Notes under the pieces: model-generated
Told to the model about the DNA's origin: nothing
Databases searched by the model: none
What the model saw: the letters and a program-made list of their open reading frames with translations, nothing else
Position numbers and translations under genes: made by a program
Shown: piece by piece, positions 32,665 through 46,300 of the stretch
How positions within the stretch are numbered: the first letter of the stretch is position 1
Layout of the letters: every line of letters starts with the position of its first letter
Origin: Rubripirellula sp.
GTDB taxonomy: Bacteria > Planctomycetota > Planctomycetia > Pirellulales > Pirellulaceae
Direction: 5' to 3'
Assembly (NCBI GenBank): GCA_965216875.1
Contig: OZ244207.1
Coordinates: forward strand, 6,592,001-6,656,000
DNA length: 64,000 nucleotides

Positions 32665-34008
32665 TCACTGGCCTTCTTGTCCGGGATCGTCGAGACGAAC
32701 GAGAAGCCACTGCTGGGTTTGGCCGTCTTCGAAGTGGACGAGTACGGGGGCCGTGTCCTGCGTCAGGTTGTTGATGCCGGTTTCCATCAGCGGTCGGGAC
32801 TTGTCGACGACGGTCCAGGCAGATCGCTGAGTTTTTGCGTCGACCATGCCTTCGATCGACTGCACGCTGTCGTTGGCCGCATTTTGAAGCGACCCGGCAA
32901 TGATGCCTTCTTTGGAAACCGCTAGCTGCAGGAAGAGTGTTGGCTCAGCACCGTTGGATTGACCATCTTCGGTGACCGCAAAGACGCCAAGCGGCAACCA
33001 TTCGACTTGTTCAGCATCCACGTCTTGGGGGACGTTGGTTGCAATCGTTTCTGCTTGCTCGGCGTACTGCTGCGTCGAAGCCACTTCTTGAGTGCCGTAG
33101 TAGACCGAGTCGCCTTCGTAGTAGACGTTGTCGCCGTAGCTGTACGAGATCGGTTGCGACCAACTCGCACGCGCAACCCATGCGGTGACGGTCGCCCAAA
33201 CGGCGGGACGCCACCAGTTGATGTCAGAACGGAATCGCCAATGCGGGTGGGGGTAACGTCGCCAGTAGTTCGCCGAGTACCAAGATCGACGTGCGGGGTA
33301 GCGGTTGTTGACTTGGTCGCGAACTTGGTCGCGTCGGTCGACGCGATTGTCACGCACTTGTTGTCGGTTCTCGACTCGATTGGGTCGGTTTTCGGAAACG
33401 TTGTCACGGCGGTCTTGGCGAGTGTCCAAGCGATCGCCGCGGTTGTCTTGGCGATTGCCAGCAGCGTTTTGACGGTTATCGAGTCGATCGGCGCGATTGT
33501 CCGCTGGTCGTCCTTCACCGCCGGGACGCGATGGCAGTTGTCCGGTTTGGGGCCGGTTTTGCAGGAAGTCGCCCGCCGCGTTGCCTCCGCCCGGTCGCGT
33601 GCTGGGACGTTGCGATGGCGATCCCAGGTCAAGGAAGTCGTTGAGTTGTCCTTGGCTTGGTCGCCCGGTCGAGGGACGCTGGCCCGTTGAAGGACGCTGT
33701 CCAGTTGACGGAAATTGACCCGTTGAGGGACGTTGACCTGTTGATGGGCGTTGACCTGTTGAAGGGCGTTGACCGGTGGAAGGCCGGCTCATGTTTCCAG
33801 TCGACGGGCGACTCATGCCACTTGAGGGTCGGCTCATGGACGGTGAGCGGCTGGACATCGATGGCGCCGAACGCGACATGCCACCACCACCCGCACGACC
33901 ACCTCCGCCTCCGCGTCCTCCACCGCCCCGACCACGGGCCAACACGTCGTTCGAGACCAGACACAGAATCGCAACACTCGTGATGCAAAGGGCGAGACGT
34001 CGGTTCAT
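32665..34008 (-). CDS. Secreted low-complexity protein (Gly/Arg-rich N-terminus, RPSTGQ repeats, DNR repeats, Trp/Tyr-rich segment, conserved globular C-terminus)
   Basis: Signal peptide MNRRLALCITSVAILCLVSNDVLA-RGRGGG. Its stop lies 3 bp before the next ATG. The ORF track opens at 34080. Confidence 0.8.
   Translation of the reverse strand: MNRRLALCITSVAILCLVSNDVLARGRGGGGRGGGGGRAGGGGMSRSAPSMSSRSPSMSRPSSGMSRPSTGNMSRPSTGQRPSTGQRPSTGQRPSTGQFPSTGQRPSTGQRPSTGRPSQGQLNDFLDLGSPSQRPSTRPGGGNAAGDFLQNRPQTGQLPSRPGGEGRPADNRADRLDNRQNAAGNRQDNRGDRLDTRQDRRDNVSENRPNRVENRQQVRDNRVDRRDQVRDQVNNRYPARRSWYSANYWRRYPHPHWRFRSDINWWRPAVWATVTAWVARASWSQPISYSYGDNVYYEGDSVYYGTQEVASTQQYAEQAETIATNVPQDVDAEQVEWLPLGVFAVTEDGQSNGAEPTLFLQLAVSKEGIIAGSLQNAANDSVQSIEGMVDAKTQRSAWTVVDKSRPLMETGINNLTQDTAPVLVHFEDGQTQQWLLVRLDDPGQEGQ
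33660..33860 (-). repeat. In-frame tandem repeats encoding RPSTGQ x~6 and (S/M)SRPS units
   Basis: The translation MSRPSSGMSRPSTGNMSRPSTGQRPSTGQRPSTGQRPSTGQFPSTGQRPSTGQRPSTGRPS shows an 18-bp periodicity with synonymous variation. Confidence 0.88.
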
Positions 34009-34173
34009 CGTTGGGGCTCTCTTGGCGTGCGGTAGATGATTGAGGACCCATCCAACAATGGCGTGGATTCTCGAACCCAAGATTATAGCGTCCCCGCAAA
34101 GAGAGGTTCGTGAGATTTATGAAGTGCGGTTCTAGGCGAGAGTTTTCCGTCTTCGGCCGGGTTGTTTGCACGT

Positions 34174-34280
34174 GGCCCAGGCCTGAAGCCTCAATCGTTT
34201 GTCTAGCCCACCTAGGTGTTTCGGGGAATTACAAACCCAGTCCGTTGGACTGGGCTAGGCAAATGCCAGAGCCTTCGGCC
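34174..34280. repeat. Long imperfect palindromic intergenic repeat (REPIN-like; may also act as terminator of the giant adhesin)
   Basis: ggcccaggcc..tttgtctagccca ... cccagtccgttggactgggctaggcaaatg..gccttcggccc, with an internal hairpin cccagtcc-gtt-ggactggg. Confidence 0.7.
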
Positions 34281-34346
34281 CAAAGAAAACTCCAGACCGT
34301 AAACTCCTGAGTTCCGGTCCAATGCAAAACTCCAGGGGCTTCATCG

Positions 34347-37300
34347 CTAGAGACCGCTCAGGTACTCGTCCAGACCGATGCGAATGTCTTCGTCGTCCGC
34401 CCAAATCAGGTCGTCATTTGGGCCGCCGCGCACGATGTCGATGGCGTTGTCACTTGCAACGGTATCGTCGTTGATGGCGAACGCTTGGTTTGCACCGACG
34501 CCGGTAAAGACTTCGTCGACGCGATCGGAAAAGCTTTTGTTGCGGTTTCGCCACGTCTCTTGGACCGCTTGAATGGCCTCAATCGAGTCGGCGTGTTGCC
34601 AAACACTGCATACAAGTAAGTCTTCGCCATACGATCCGTCGAGAAGGTCGGAGCCCGATCCGCCAATCATCAAGTCGCGGCCCGTTCCTCCCAAGAGCAA
34701 GTCGTGGTTGTCGCCGCCGACGATCACATCGTCTCCAGCTTGACCAAAGACTTTGTCGTTGCCGGCGCCACTAAAGATCGTGTCATCACCGGCACCGCCT
34801 GCGATCCAATCGTTGCCATCGCCGCTGCGAACAAGGTCGTTGCCGGTGCCAGCGAGGACTCGATTGTTTCCGTGGCCAGCATCGATGGTGTCGTCGCCCA
34901 ATCCCGATGTGATTCGATCATTCCCGTCACCGGTCGTGATGTTGTCGTTTCCAGATCCAGACCAAATGCGATTGTGGCCCAACAGGTCGATGATGATGTC
35001 GTCGCCACCACCCGATTCAACATTGTCGTTTCCATCGCCGGGTCGGATCGTATCGTCGCCGGATCCGGAATGGATGCGGTCATCGCCATCGCCCGATTCG
35101 ATCAAGGTTGGCAGATCGATGCGGTGCGCGATTTGAATTCGATCATTCCCTTCAAGTGAATAGATCTCGATGCGTTCGATGTCCGCTTCCGCAAAGGTCC
35201 AGGATTGGCGATCTTGGCCTTCAGGGCGAAGCAGGACAACAAGGTTCGTTCCTGACTTTCGCAAGGTGATTCGATCGGCCGCTTCCGTTCCCACGATTCG
35301 CAAAACGCCATCAAGTAGTGTGGCGCCTTGTTCGAATTCGGTCACCGTGATGGTGACATTAGCGGGATCGCTTTCGAGATCACTGTCCGAAGCAACGTAA
35401 GAAAACTGATCGGTACCAAAGAAGGATGCCGCAGGAACGTAGGTCAATGATCCATCGGCCTGAGGAACCAGTGTCCCGTGACTTGGTTCGGCGGTGATGC
35501 GATAGAGAAGGGGTTGACCTTCGGGGTCGACGTCGTTGGCAAGGACGTCGATTTTGATCGGCTGGTTCTGCTGAGTTGTCACGGCGTCTGCAAACGCAAC
35601 CGGAGCGTCGTTGATCGGATTGGTGTCGACTAAGACCGTTGCCGCCTCAGAGATAGTGCCGTCGTTATCTTCGATCGTGTAAGTGAACGTGTCACTCGTC
35701 GTTTCGCTGCCATCGTGGATGTAATCGACACTGCCGTTGGGCTGAACGATCACCTGTCCGTGATTCGGGTTGGACGTGATCACGATGGAATTGAACCGCA
35801 AGCTTCCGTCGACGTCTCGGTCGTTGCCGGCGATGTTGACGTTGACGGCGCCGGCTTCGTCAACCGTTGCGCTATCGGCGTTTGCGACCGGTGCATCATT
35901 GACGGAATTGATGTCGATGGTGACGGTAGCCGTTTGCGATGCGGCGCCGGTCTGGTCCGCGATGACGTAGGTGAACAGGTCGCTCGTCGTTTCGCTGCCA
36001 TCGTGTTGGTAGAGCACGTTTCCAGAGCCAACGATGGTGACCGATCCATACAGCGGTTGGTCAATGATTTGAATGCTCTCGACGTCGATACCATCGTCCG
36101 CATCGGTGTCGTTGATCGCGACGTCGACCGTGACCTGGCCACCTTCGTCGACAACGGCCGAATCATTCAAAGCGTCCGGAGAGTCATTGACTGCGGTGAC
36201 TTCGATGGCAACCGTCGCAATGTTCGAAAGGACTCCCTCGTCATCGCGGAGGGTGTAGGTGAAGCTGTCGGCGAGTGTTTCGCTTCCATCATGTTGGTAG
36301 ACCAATTCATTGTCGACAACGTTGACGGCGCCATGAGATGGACCCTCAAGGATCTCGACAGCATCGAGGTCCAGCGACGATTCGGCGTCAAAGTCATTGA
36401 GCACGACGTCGATCGCTACTGAATTTCCTTCGAGCACGACGGCGTCGTCGTTTGATGCCTGGGGTGGATCATTGATTGGGTCGATCGTGATGTGGACAGT
36501 CGCGACGTTCGAGGTCACGCCGTCGGCATCGGTGAAGGTGTAAGTGAAGGAGTCGGAGGTCGTTTCGCTTCCGTCGTGACTGTAATCGACCGAGCCATCA
36601 GCGTTGACTTCAGCGGTTCCGTTGGCAGGTTGGTCGATGATCATGACCGAGTCGGCAACGATTTGGTTTTCGGCATCGGTGTCGTTGGCAAGCACGGGCA
36701 CGGAGAGTCCCGTGGAACCTTCGTCCGTGGTCACGCTGTCATCAAACGCGAACGGTGCGTCGTTCACGGGAGTGATGGTGACAGAGACGGTCGCGCGGTT
36801 GGATTGGCGTCCCTCCGCGTCGCGGATGACATAAGTGAAGCTGTCGGCGAGCGTTTCACTGCCATCATGCGTGTAGGTGACTTGACCAGCATCATTCATC
36901 GATGCGATACCGAAGCTTGGGGCGTCGGCGATCACGATCGACTCGAGGTCCAGCAAACTGTCGGCGTCGACATCGTTGGCTGCGACATCGATCGTGAAGA
37001 CGCCGCCTTCCGCTATGGATGCGCCGTCCGGGTTGGCAACGGGCGCGTCGTTGATCGGCGCGATGTTGATGGTCGCGGTCGCGATGTTCGAGATCGCCCC
37101 ATCCGCATCTCGGACGGTGTAGGTGAATTGGTCGAGCGTCGTTTCGCTGCCATCGTGTCGGTAGTCGACCGTCCCATCAAGGTTCACTTGAAACGTGCCA
37201 TGAATCGGTCCGTCAACAATCAACACCGAAGATGGATCAATCTCTTGCTCGGAGTCATTGTCATTGGCGATGACCGCAACACGACCGGATGATCCTTCAT

Positions 37301-40300
37301 CGATCGAAAGTGTGTCACCGCTTGCCGTGGGCGCTGCATTGACATAGATCGACTGCTGGGCAACGCGGTGAATGCCATCTTCATCGACCACGTCAACGAA
37401 GATCGTCTTTTCACCAAAGATCGAGTAGATGTGGCTGAGGCCAGAGAGTGACGCAAAAACTTCTGCATCGGTTCCTGTCTCCCACGTCACGCGGTACTCG
37501 ACAACCGTATCTTCTCCAGGGTCCGACAGGTCGCCAAAGCTCAATGGTAACGACTCGCCTTGTGTGACACGCGGCGGCGCGGACACAACCAGCGAAGGCG
37601 AGACATTGATGATGTTGATCGCCATTGCGTCTTCGATCGTGTACTGACCATCTTCGTCTGTTGCCGTGACGCTTACCAAATGTGACGCATCGCCATCGGT
37701 GTAAGTATGCGTGAGCGATACCGGTTGGACTTCAAAAGCCCCGTCGGAAAGCGCGATGAAGGTTGGAGAAACCAGTTCGATCGGCGATCCGTCGCCCCAG
37801 TCGATCGCATACTCGGTGATCAAGTCGAGACCGGGATCGATGGGTGATCCGATGCTTAAAGTCGCCGTGCCACCTTCGACGATCTGGGATGCGTTAAGAG
37901 CAACCGTTGCGGTTGGTTCGACGTTGGTGACTTGGACCGAAATCGGCTGGGCCGATGTTTGCCCATCTTCATCGATGCCCGTCACATTGATTTGGTATTG
38001 CGATCCGGCGGAATCGGCGTCGCGGTAAACGTGAGACGCAATCCGTTCGTCACCATCGACTTCTTCGATCGGTGATCCGTCGCCCCAGTCGATTTGCCAC
38101 AGTGATATGCGATCGTTGCCTGGGTCCGTCGCTTCCAAAGTGATCTCGAACAACCCGCCTTCGGTCGCGGTGCCTGAGGAAGAGGCCGTGATCGTTGGTT
38201 GGACATTTCCAACCTGCACCGATTGCTCGAGGAGGTATTCGCCATCGTCGTCAAACGCGGCGATTCGGACAGAGTAAAGGCCATCGTCGAGGTAGGTGTG
38301 GACTACTTCGCCAGTTGCTGCGCGAACGGTTGACGTCGAGCCATCACCCCACTGCAAGATCCACGTACCGATTTCGTCGTCGCCAGGGTCACTGGCGCTC
38401 AGTCGCAACCGGTACTCGTCTCCTTCGTTCGGTTGGAACAGTGGGTCGAGCACGTTTCCGTTGGCATCGATGACGTCGACACTTAACGTCGGAGCGACCT
38501 CGAGCACGTTGAACGAATCGCTATATTCCGTCGATCCATCATCGTCGTGAATCATCGCCCTAACATTGCGCGTCCCCGATTGAGGGACAATGAATTCGAC
38601 GAACGATTCACTTTGTTGGTCGATTTCGTATTGGCCGTCGCCATCGATATCGAAGCTGTAGCGGAAGTTAGCTCCGCCGCCAGCGCTATCGGCATCCGAC
38701 GGGTCAAAGGCTTGCAGCAGTTCGAGCCGCACCGTGTCGCCTTCTTGTGATCCGTCACCCGTGGTCGCGATTTGTGCGGTCGGCGCGGTGTTGGTCACCA
38801 CAAGCGAGGCGGCGGAATCCGAAAACGTTCCATCGGAATACGTTGCTCGCGCAGTGACGGCATAGATGCCGTCGTCGTTGATTGGTGGACTGAGAGATTG
38901 TAGGTCGGACCAACTGATGAGGACGTTGTTTCCGATTGCATCGGTGAAGTCGCCGTCGCCATTGACGTCCCAAGTCAGTGTTGGTGTGCCAATCGTTGTC
39001 GCGGTGAGTGTTAGGGAATCACCTTCCGCGATTTCGACGTCGTCGATGGACGCTTGTGTCGCGGCAACCGAAACATTTCGTGTTGTTTCCACAACAACTG
39101 CGTCATCGTCGGTCGATTGAATCGAGATTTCGAAGTCACCGGCGTCGAGATAAGTGTGGTTTGCGGATGTCGCGCTCGATCCATACGTTTCGATCGTTCC
39201 ATCACCCCAGTCAATTTGCCAAGTTTCGGTTTGGTCGAGCCCCGGATCGTTGCTCGAGAACTGAATCGTTACCTCTTGTCCCACCGCGACGCTTGGCGGG
39301 TCGGAAACATCAAGCGTTGCCGCGACATTGTCAATTTGCACGTTCGCATAGCGGACCGACGCCCGTCCGAGTTCGTCGACTGCGCGTAACGCGATTTGAT
39401 AAGTGCCATCGTCGCCTAGGCCGAATTCACGCAGTTGGGACCACGTGACCGCAATCTCGGATCCGGTCACATCACCAAACAATCCGTCGCCGTCGATGTC
39501 CCACTGTGTCGTGGGGACAGCGATGCCGGACTGTGGCGATGTGACGTTAGCGCTGACGGCAAGGTCTTCGCCTTCGCTTGTGACGAACACGTCTTCGGCA
39601 AAGTCAATCAGAGGTGCTGCGAATGTGCTGACCACTTCCAAAGACTGATACGCGACTTCGCCACGATCGACCACGCGGATCGTGCCGTCGGGAAGTGGGG
39701 CTGGCAGCGTTTGGACGTCGAGTCCGGCCGGAGCGAATTCCAGAACGTCGCGGTCGTCTTGACCATCGATCGCAATGTTTGATGTTGCGGGGATTTGGCT
39801 GCCAGCGACTCGAACCAGGTCGTCGTCGATTCCGGCATCGATATCGATCGTCGAGTCCGTGCCGAGCGTTTCCACGATGACCGTGTCCGAACCGGCGGCG
39901 GCGTCAACACCGACGCCAACGTTTGAACGCGTCAAAGCGATCGTCGTTTGGTCGTCGCCCGTTCCGAGTTCGACAACTGTGTTAGCCACTGCGTCCAGCA
40001 ACGAGACGACGTCATTGCCGTCGCCCGTTTCGATGCGGATCGTGTTGACGGGACTTCCGGGCGCGGCGATCAAGCGAACGTTATCGTTCCCTTCGGGTGT
40101 CACAACGCGAATCGATTCAATGTTCGAGAACGCGGTCTCGATTCGCAACGGTTGCGGTGTTTCCGTTTCAATATCGAAGGTGGTGAGCCCACCGCTGTTG
40201 CGGTTGTCGCCGGTCGAAGCGACGTAAAGCTGTGAGTCGCTGGCAACGACGATGTCACTTGGGTTGATCAGCCCGCTGTTACGATTGCCGAGGCTCCGCA

Positions 40301-43300
40301 AATTCTGCAGGAATTGGAGCGATCCAGTATTCAGGTCACGTGCGAAGACAGCAACGGAATCGTTGACCTCGCTTGTCGCGATCAAGTATCGGCCATTGGG
40401 AGTCGTTTGCAGATTGTCGACTCCGAAGAGTCCGCGGACATCATCGATTCCGTTACGGACGACATCGACGAGCGATAGTTGATCGGTGACCGCATCGCGA
40501 CGCAGCACCGAAATGGCATCGTTGTCGGTTGCCGCCACGTAGACAAATTGATCGTCCCTCGAAACCGTGACCGCCGAGGCACCCGCCAATTCCGTCGTTG
40601 CGGAATCTTGGATCACTTGAATCGGGCCGATGGTCGGCGCGACGCCGGGAACAAAGACTCGCGAGGTGACGGTGTTGCGTGTGAGCAGCGCACCGCTGCT
40701 GGCCGAGTAGACGCGCGTGATTCCGTCGGCGGTTTGAATGGTGACTCGCCAATTCAGCAGCCGGCCACCATCCGAAGTAAACGGACTGGAGAAGTCATCA
40801 GTGACTCGAAGCGTCCACCATCCATTTGGGAAACCGCCGTCAAATGCTGACAGTGGTCGTTCGGGCCGATAGCGGCCAAAGAAGGGGGCGTTTCCAGAGG
40901 TGATCGGTATCGCCGCTTCGTCGTCAAGAATCGTGTTGGCAAAGTCGTTTCCAGTTCCGCCAACGTCGGTGAACAATTCGACGCTACGTCCGCTCGGTCC
41001 GATCAAGAAGACATCCAAGTCTTCGGCGCGGTCGTGGTCAATGTTGACCTGAACATCAACGTCGATGATGGTCGCAAACGAATCTTGGCGATAACTCAAC
41101 ACGCGACCCGAATTGGCGTCGGTCGCAAAAAGCAACTCGCCATCTCGGCTCGATTCGAGGTCCGAGATGCTGGTGCCCGTCAGCGTTGTTGGTGGCAGCG
41201 GCGAGCCGTTGGGAGCGATCGTGAACAGACGCAGACCGGTCGTTGACCCGACGTAGAGCCGTCGTCCGTCGGGCGACATCTCCATCGAAGTCAACGTGCC
41301 GCTCGGTGTCGCGACCGATTCGCGGAAAGTCAGGTTGCCGGTGGTCAGGTTGCGCGTGAAGAAGGCGAGTTTCGATTCACCCGCGCCGGCAACGTAGACG
41401 TTTCGGCCATCGGGAGAAACGGCTACCCCGTTAGCGCCGCCCAAACCGTCGACGCCATCGAGTCCATCACGGAACGTCTGTCGAAGCGAACGGTCATTCG
41501 CGTTGAGAACCACCAAGGTGTCATTGCGCGAGTCGACACCATAGATCTGCTGGCCATCGGAACTGATTGCGATGCCGGCGAGTCCATCGAGCGTTCCATC
41601 GAATCCGGTGTCGCTCCCTTGCAGGTATAGAACCTGGCCGTTCGCAAGCGGGCTCGTTGCCGACGAAGTGGTGGACGCATCGATCGCCGCACTGATCGTC
41701 GTGCTCGCTTCGGGAATCAGTGTGGCCCAAATGGCATTGGGGGCGAGCGTGTTGAGGTTGATTGAACCGCCAGGGCCGCTGCCAAGTGTGCCACCAAAGT
41801 CGGGGTCACTCGCAACGCCACCCACGGCAAGTGGTTGTAAGAAAACGCTGCCTGTTGCGTCGGTGACCGCTCCGAGCTGTGCCCCGGAAAGCAACGTGTC
41901 GGTCAAGTTGACCAACATCAAGACGTCAAAACCTGCGTAGTCGTCGTCGGTTTCCGCGTTTTGATCAAAGTCGAACGCGTCCAGGCGAACCACCGCTACG
42001 GTGGCGTCAGGATGGTTTGCTCGGTCGATCCCTGCAATCGTGTTTGCATCGACGTCTAACAATCCAAAGGCTTCAGCGCCACCGACGAGTCCGGGCAAGT
42101 GAGGCGTTAGTGGAGTGCCTTCGACGAATGGGTTTTCAGAGGCGGCAAAGGTTGGAACGGCGTCGATCGTGAACGAGGAGACGGTGCCGCGATCGGATTC
42201 AAGCGACAGTGATCCCGTTCCGGCGCCACTTGCGATCACAACGCGTCCGTCACCTGAGTTTGATTGGCCGCCTCCGCCACCGCGCGCATCAACGATCACA
42301 CTTGGGTCGATGTCGATGGCTGCACCAACCAGTTTGACGGTGCCAGCAGAACCGCCGCCGCCACTTGCACCATCGCCACCGGAACCGCCAGCCGCGCCGC
42401 TGGCACCACGGTTTCCGCCGCTGCCAGAGCCACCGTCACCGGCCGACGTTCCGGGGAGTCCATTCAGATCGCCGCCGTCGGTGCCTGAGCTTCCTGGCCC
42501 ACCCGAGGAACCAGTGCTTCCGACAGCGCCGCTGGCACCGACCGTTCCGGCTAGCCCATCGCCACCGGCGATTTCGAAGCGTGTCACGTTCAAGTTTGCG
42601 TTCAAGTCGCCAGCGATTGAAAGTCGGCCGGCCGCGATGATCTCGATCGCACCGCCACCACCACCGCCAGCGCCGCCTGTTCCGCCAACGCCCCCACTAC
42701 CACCGGTTCCGCCTCGGCCGCCCGTGCCGCCTCGGCCCCCCGATCCACCCGTGAGGTTGCCCCAGATGCCGCCGGCACCAGGTGTGTTGACGTAACCGCG
42801 TCCCGACGCGCCGCCTCGACCGCCCGTTCCGCCACGGCCGCCCGTTCCGCCCGCGCCACCCTGGCCGCCGCCACCAGCGCCGCCGGCACCACCGCCGCTT
42901 CCGCCGGAAAGCACGAACGGATCATCTGGTGTGTTCAATCCGCCCGATCCGACCAAGCCATCTTCGGTCGTGAAGCCACCGCTGCCACCGGTTCCGCCAC
43001 CGGATGCATTGATGCCAGCTTGTCCTTGAGTTCCGCTTTGCCCAGCTGAACCACCTGATCCAGCGTTGCCTCCAGCACCCGGGTCGCCAGACTTACCCGA
43101 GTCGCCTGATTCGATTTCGCATTTGTTATCGTCAAAGATTCCAAGCAGTGTGAATCCACAATCGGTCGACACGCCACCCGCGCCGCCGGTGCCACCACCG
43201 CCGCCGAATCCACCTGCGCCGCCAAAACCCGCGGCGCCGCCGAGTGCCGCGACGGCACCTGCGCCACCACCCGGTCCGGGCAGTGATCCTGATCCCGCAA

Positions 43301-46300
43301 AGTCAAAGACGACATCGTCGCCAATCAATACATCATCGGCGGCCACCAAGGAGACGCCGCGATCGCGAGCCCCGACGACGCGCACGGTTGTTCCATTGGG
43401 GATATTCAAGTCACCGGCGAAACGGAACTGGGCAACCGTGCCGTTTTGGACAATCGACGCAAAGAAAGGCGTGTTGTTAAACAGCCCACCACTGCCAACG
43501 CCGTTGATCCCCAGCGAGGTTGTGTCGATTTCGATCACGTTCGATGTCGTCGTCGCCTGCGGAAGTGGCGTGACTGTGTGCACAACCGGAACGACAAGGT
43601 TGTCAATCGAACCGACGAGTCCCGTCACCGTGACGGAGGTGATCGACGCAAAACTGGCAGGAAGTTCCAAACGGGCGATCGAAGTTCCGGCCGGCACGCC
43701 GATCGTTGCAATGGCTTGAGCGCCAAGCGAAGTTGTTGCTTCAAACACGATCGTTTGCGCGACATCGACTTGCGCGACATCAACGGTTACCAAGGCGAAC
43801 GTCGATCCGTCGTCAGCCGAAAGAGCAAGAATGTCGTCAACCGAGCTGGCGACAAGCGATGGACTTGGCGAGTGGTCAACACTCAAGGTGCCTGTCGAAG
43901 TGAGCGTGAATCCTCTTTCGGTGTAGGGTGTGCCGTCAAAGACGACTTGCGAGCCGAGTCGATCAAATCGAATGGCGCTGCGCTGATCGGCAATCACTTC
44001 AAAGCGAGATTGGTCCAAGACAACCACGCCCGATTCCAAGTCAATGCGATCGCCGTTGATGGCTGCGTCGATCGACCCCGACCCGGTCGCTGCTTGAACA
44101 GTCAACGAATCGGCGGCGCGACTGCCCGAGACCTTGGTCAGGCCCGCACCGGTCGTGTCAATCACATCGATCGGAACACCTGAACTTGGCAGCGTGTCGG
44201 CACGAAGGACCGTTGCGTCATCACGCGTCCACGCGACGGCTGTGTCACTCTCGCTGTTGTCGACGACAAGCGTTTCAATGTCGAACGATGCAGCCATGAA
44301 TTGGTTGGCTTGTGGGAAGCCAGTGATGATCGCTGTGACCTGGTCATCACCTCCGCCACCGACCACCGCAGTGCTTGCCGCGATTGAACGCAAAGTGATT
44401 GCGTCACTCCCCTGCCCTGCATCAACGACGATGTCGGTTTCATCAAGGCCATCGCCAGCTGCAGTGTCGATGGCGATGTGGTCGTTGCCCGAACCGAGGC
44501 GAACATCGACTTGTTGGATTTGTTCGAAAGTAATGCTGGCTTGCAACCGTGAGGCAACGTCGGCTGCGGCGACGCCAAGGATTTCGCCATGTCCCGGTAT
44601 GGTCGAGTCGGCGACCAATCCATCAATGACGGCAAGCGTTGCGGCGGAACGATCGACAACCAGCCGGTTGGTTCCGGTTGCATCACCCACGACATTAATC
44701 GATTCGCGCGCACTCAGTACAGTGACGGTGTTGTCGCCCGTTCCAAGTTCGACGTTAACGGCGTGAGCGGTCGATTCGATGCGTACCGAATCGGATCCGC
44801 CGCCAAGGGTGAGTTGTGTCGGTGCTGCGGTCTCTTCGATCGTCAATTGGTAGTCGGCAAGTTCGGCACCTGCGAAATCGATACCGCCACCGAACTGAGT
44901 AAAGCTAACAGGAGCCGCGGTCAGACCCGTCAGTTCAGAATCGGTGAGCGTTCCCACACGTGACGTGGCGACCGGTGCATGGCGATCATCCAATAACAAC
45001 GAGTTGCTACCCTCATCACCAACAAGGATCAAAGAGGAACGAACGTCGGCGAGCTGTTTCGATTGCGACGGATCGCCGATCGAAACGGTGTCGTCGCCGC
45101 CGCGCAGGTTGACGACAGTTTGAACCATACCAGTGGGCGTGTCCCAAACGTTCAAAGAATCGCCCGCGAGGGAATCGTCGGACAGGTGCAACGCCATGTT
45201 CGACGCGGCATTGGTCGTTAGCAGCGGCATGAAGACGTCTTGAGAAACAACACCAAGGTTGCCCTCCGTGATGACCCATTCGGTTGCGGCCGAGTTGTTT
45301 TCGTTCGAGAAGACAACCTCCTCGACTTGTTGCGTCTCCACCTGATCGGTCCCGTCAGCCTCGCCGAACAAAGTGAATTCAAGTCGATCGTTTCCGAGTG
45401 AACCATTCACGATCGCGCGACTGAGTGGCGTCGACGCCGGGGATCCGTCCGATTCGTTCCCGAGCGCGATCGCGATACTGTCGTTTCCACTACCCAGCAG
45501 CAGTTCGACTTCTTCGACCTGTTCGCCGTAATCAACGACGCCACGCATAGGCAATCCCGTTGTCGATCGGCGTCCGAGTGCGACGGTCAAGCCTTCGTCG
45601 ACAAGACTTGCATCATGCGAGACGCGATCGATTCCTGAACCGCCATCGACAAAGAGTGTCGACTCGATGCCGCCCAGTTGGCCATCGCCAAGGTTGATTT
45701 GGTCGTCCCCAGCACCAGCCTGGAGACGAACGATGCCTGAGGCTCCGTTCACATCCACTTGGTCGTCGCCGCCACCCGCGAAAAGCGTTGTTGTTGCGCG
45801 ATCGAGGGTTTCGTCGATTCGCAGATGATCATCGCTGTCGGTCAGGTGAAGGTCGACGACGTTGAATGCGGTGTAATAAATCCCGTTGCCCGTTCCGAAG
45901 CCCGAAACGGTGTCGAACGTCATGGCGCTTTCAAGGTTCACCGCCGTTACGAAGGTGTTGGGAACGTCCAACGAGATCGGTTCGGCAGCGACAACACGCA
46001 CCTGGGTCACTTCGAACGCCAGGTCGTACTCGACTTCGATGTCGATGGCGATCCCCGACGAGAGCGTTGCTGATTCGGAGACCTGCAGACGATTGATCTC
46101 GCGGCCTTCCACCGGATCAAAGACAGGCTCGATCGACGCGGTGAAGGGATGCAACTGCGAGAACGCGAGGAAGTTGTCGAGTGCGCTCGGGTTGTCGAAG
46201 AGATTGACGAGTGTGCCGGTGCGCAGCGTGACCTCGGTCGTTTCGCTCCGGTTTTCGGGAGCCAGCATTTCGTGAATCAGGCCTTCACGACGAATGCGAT

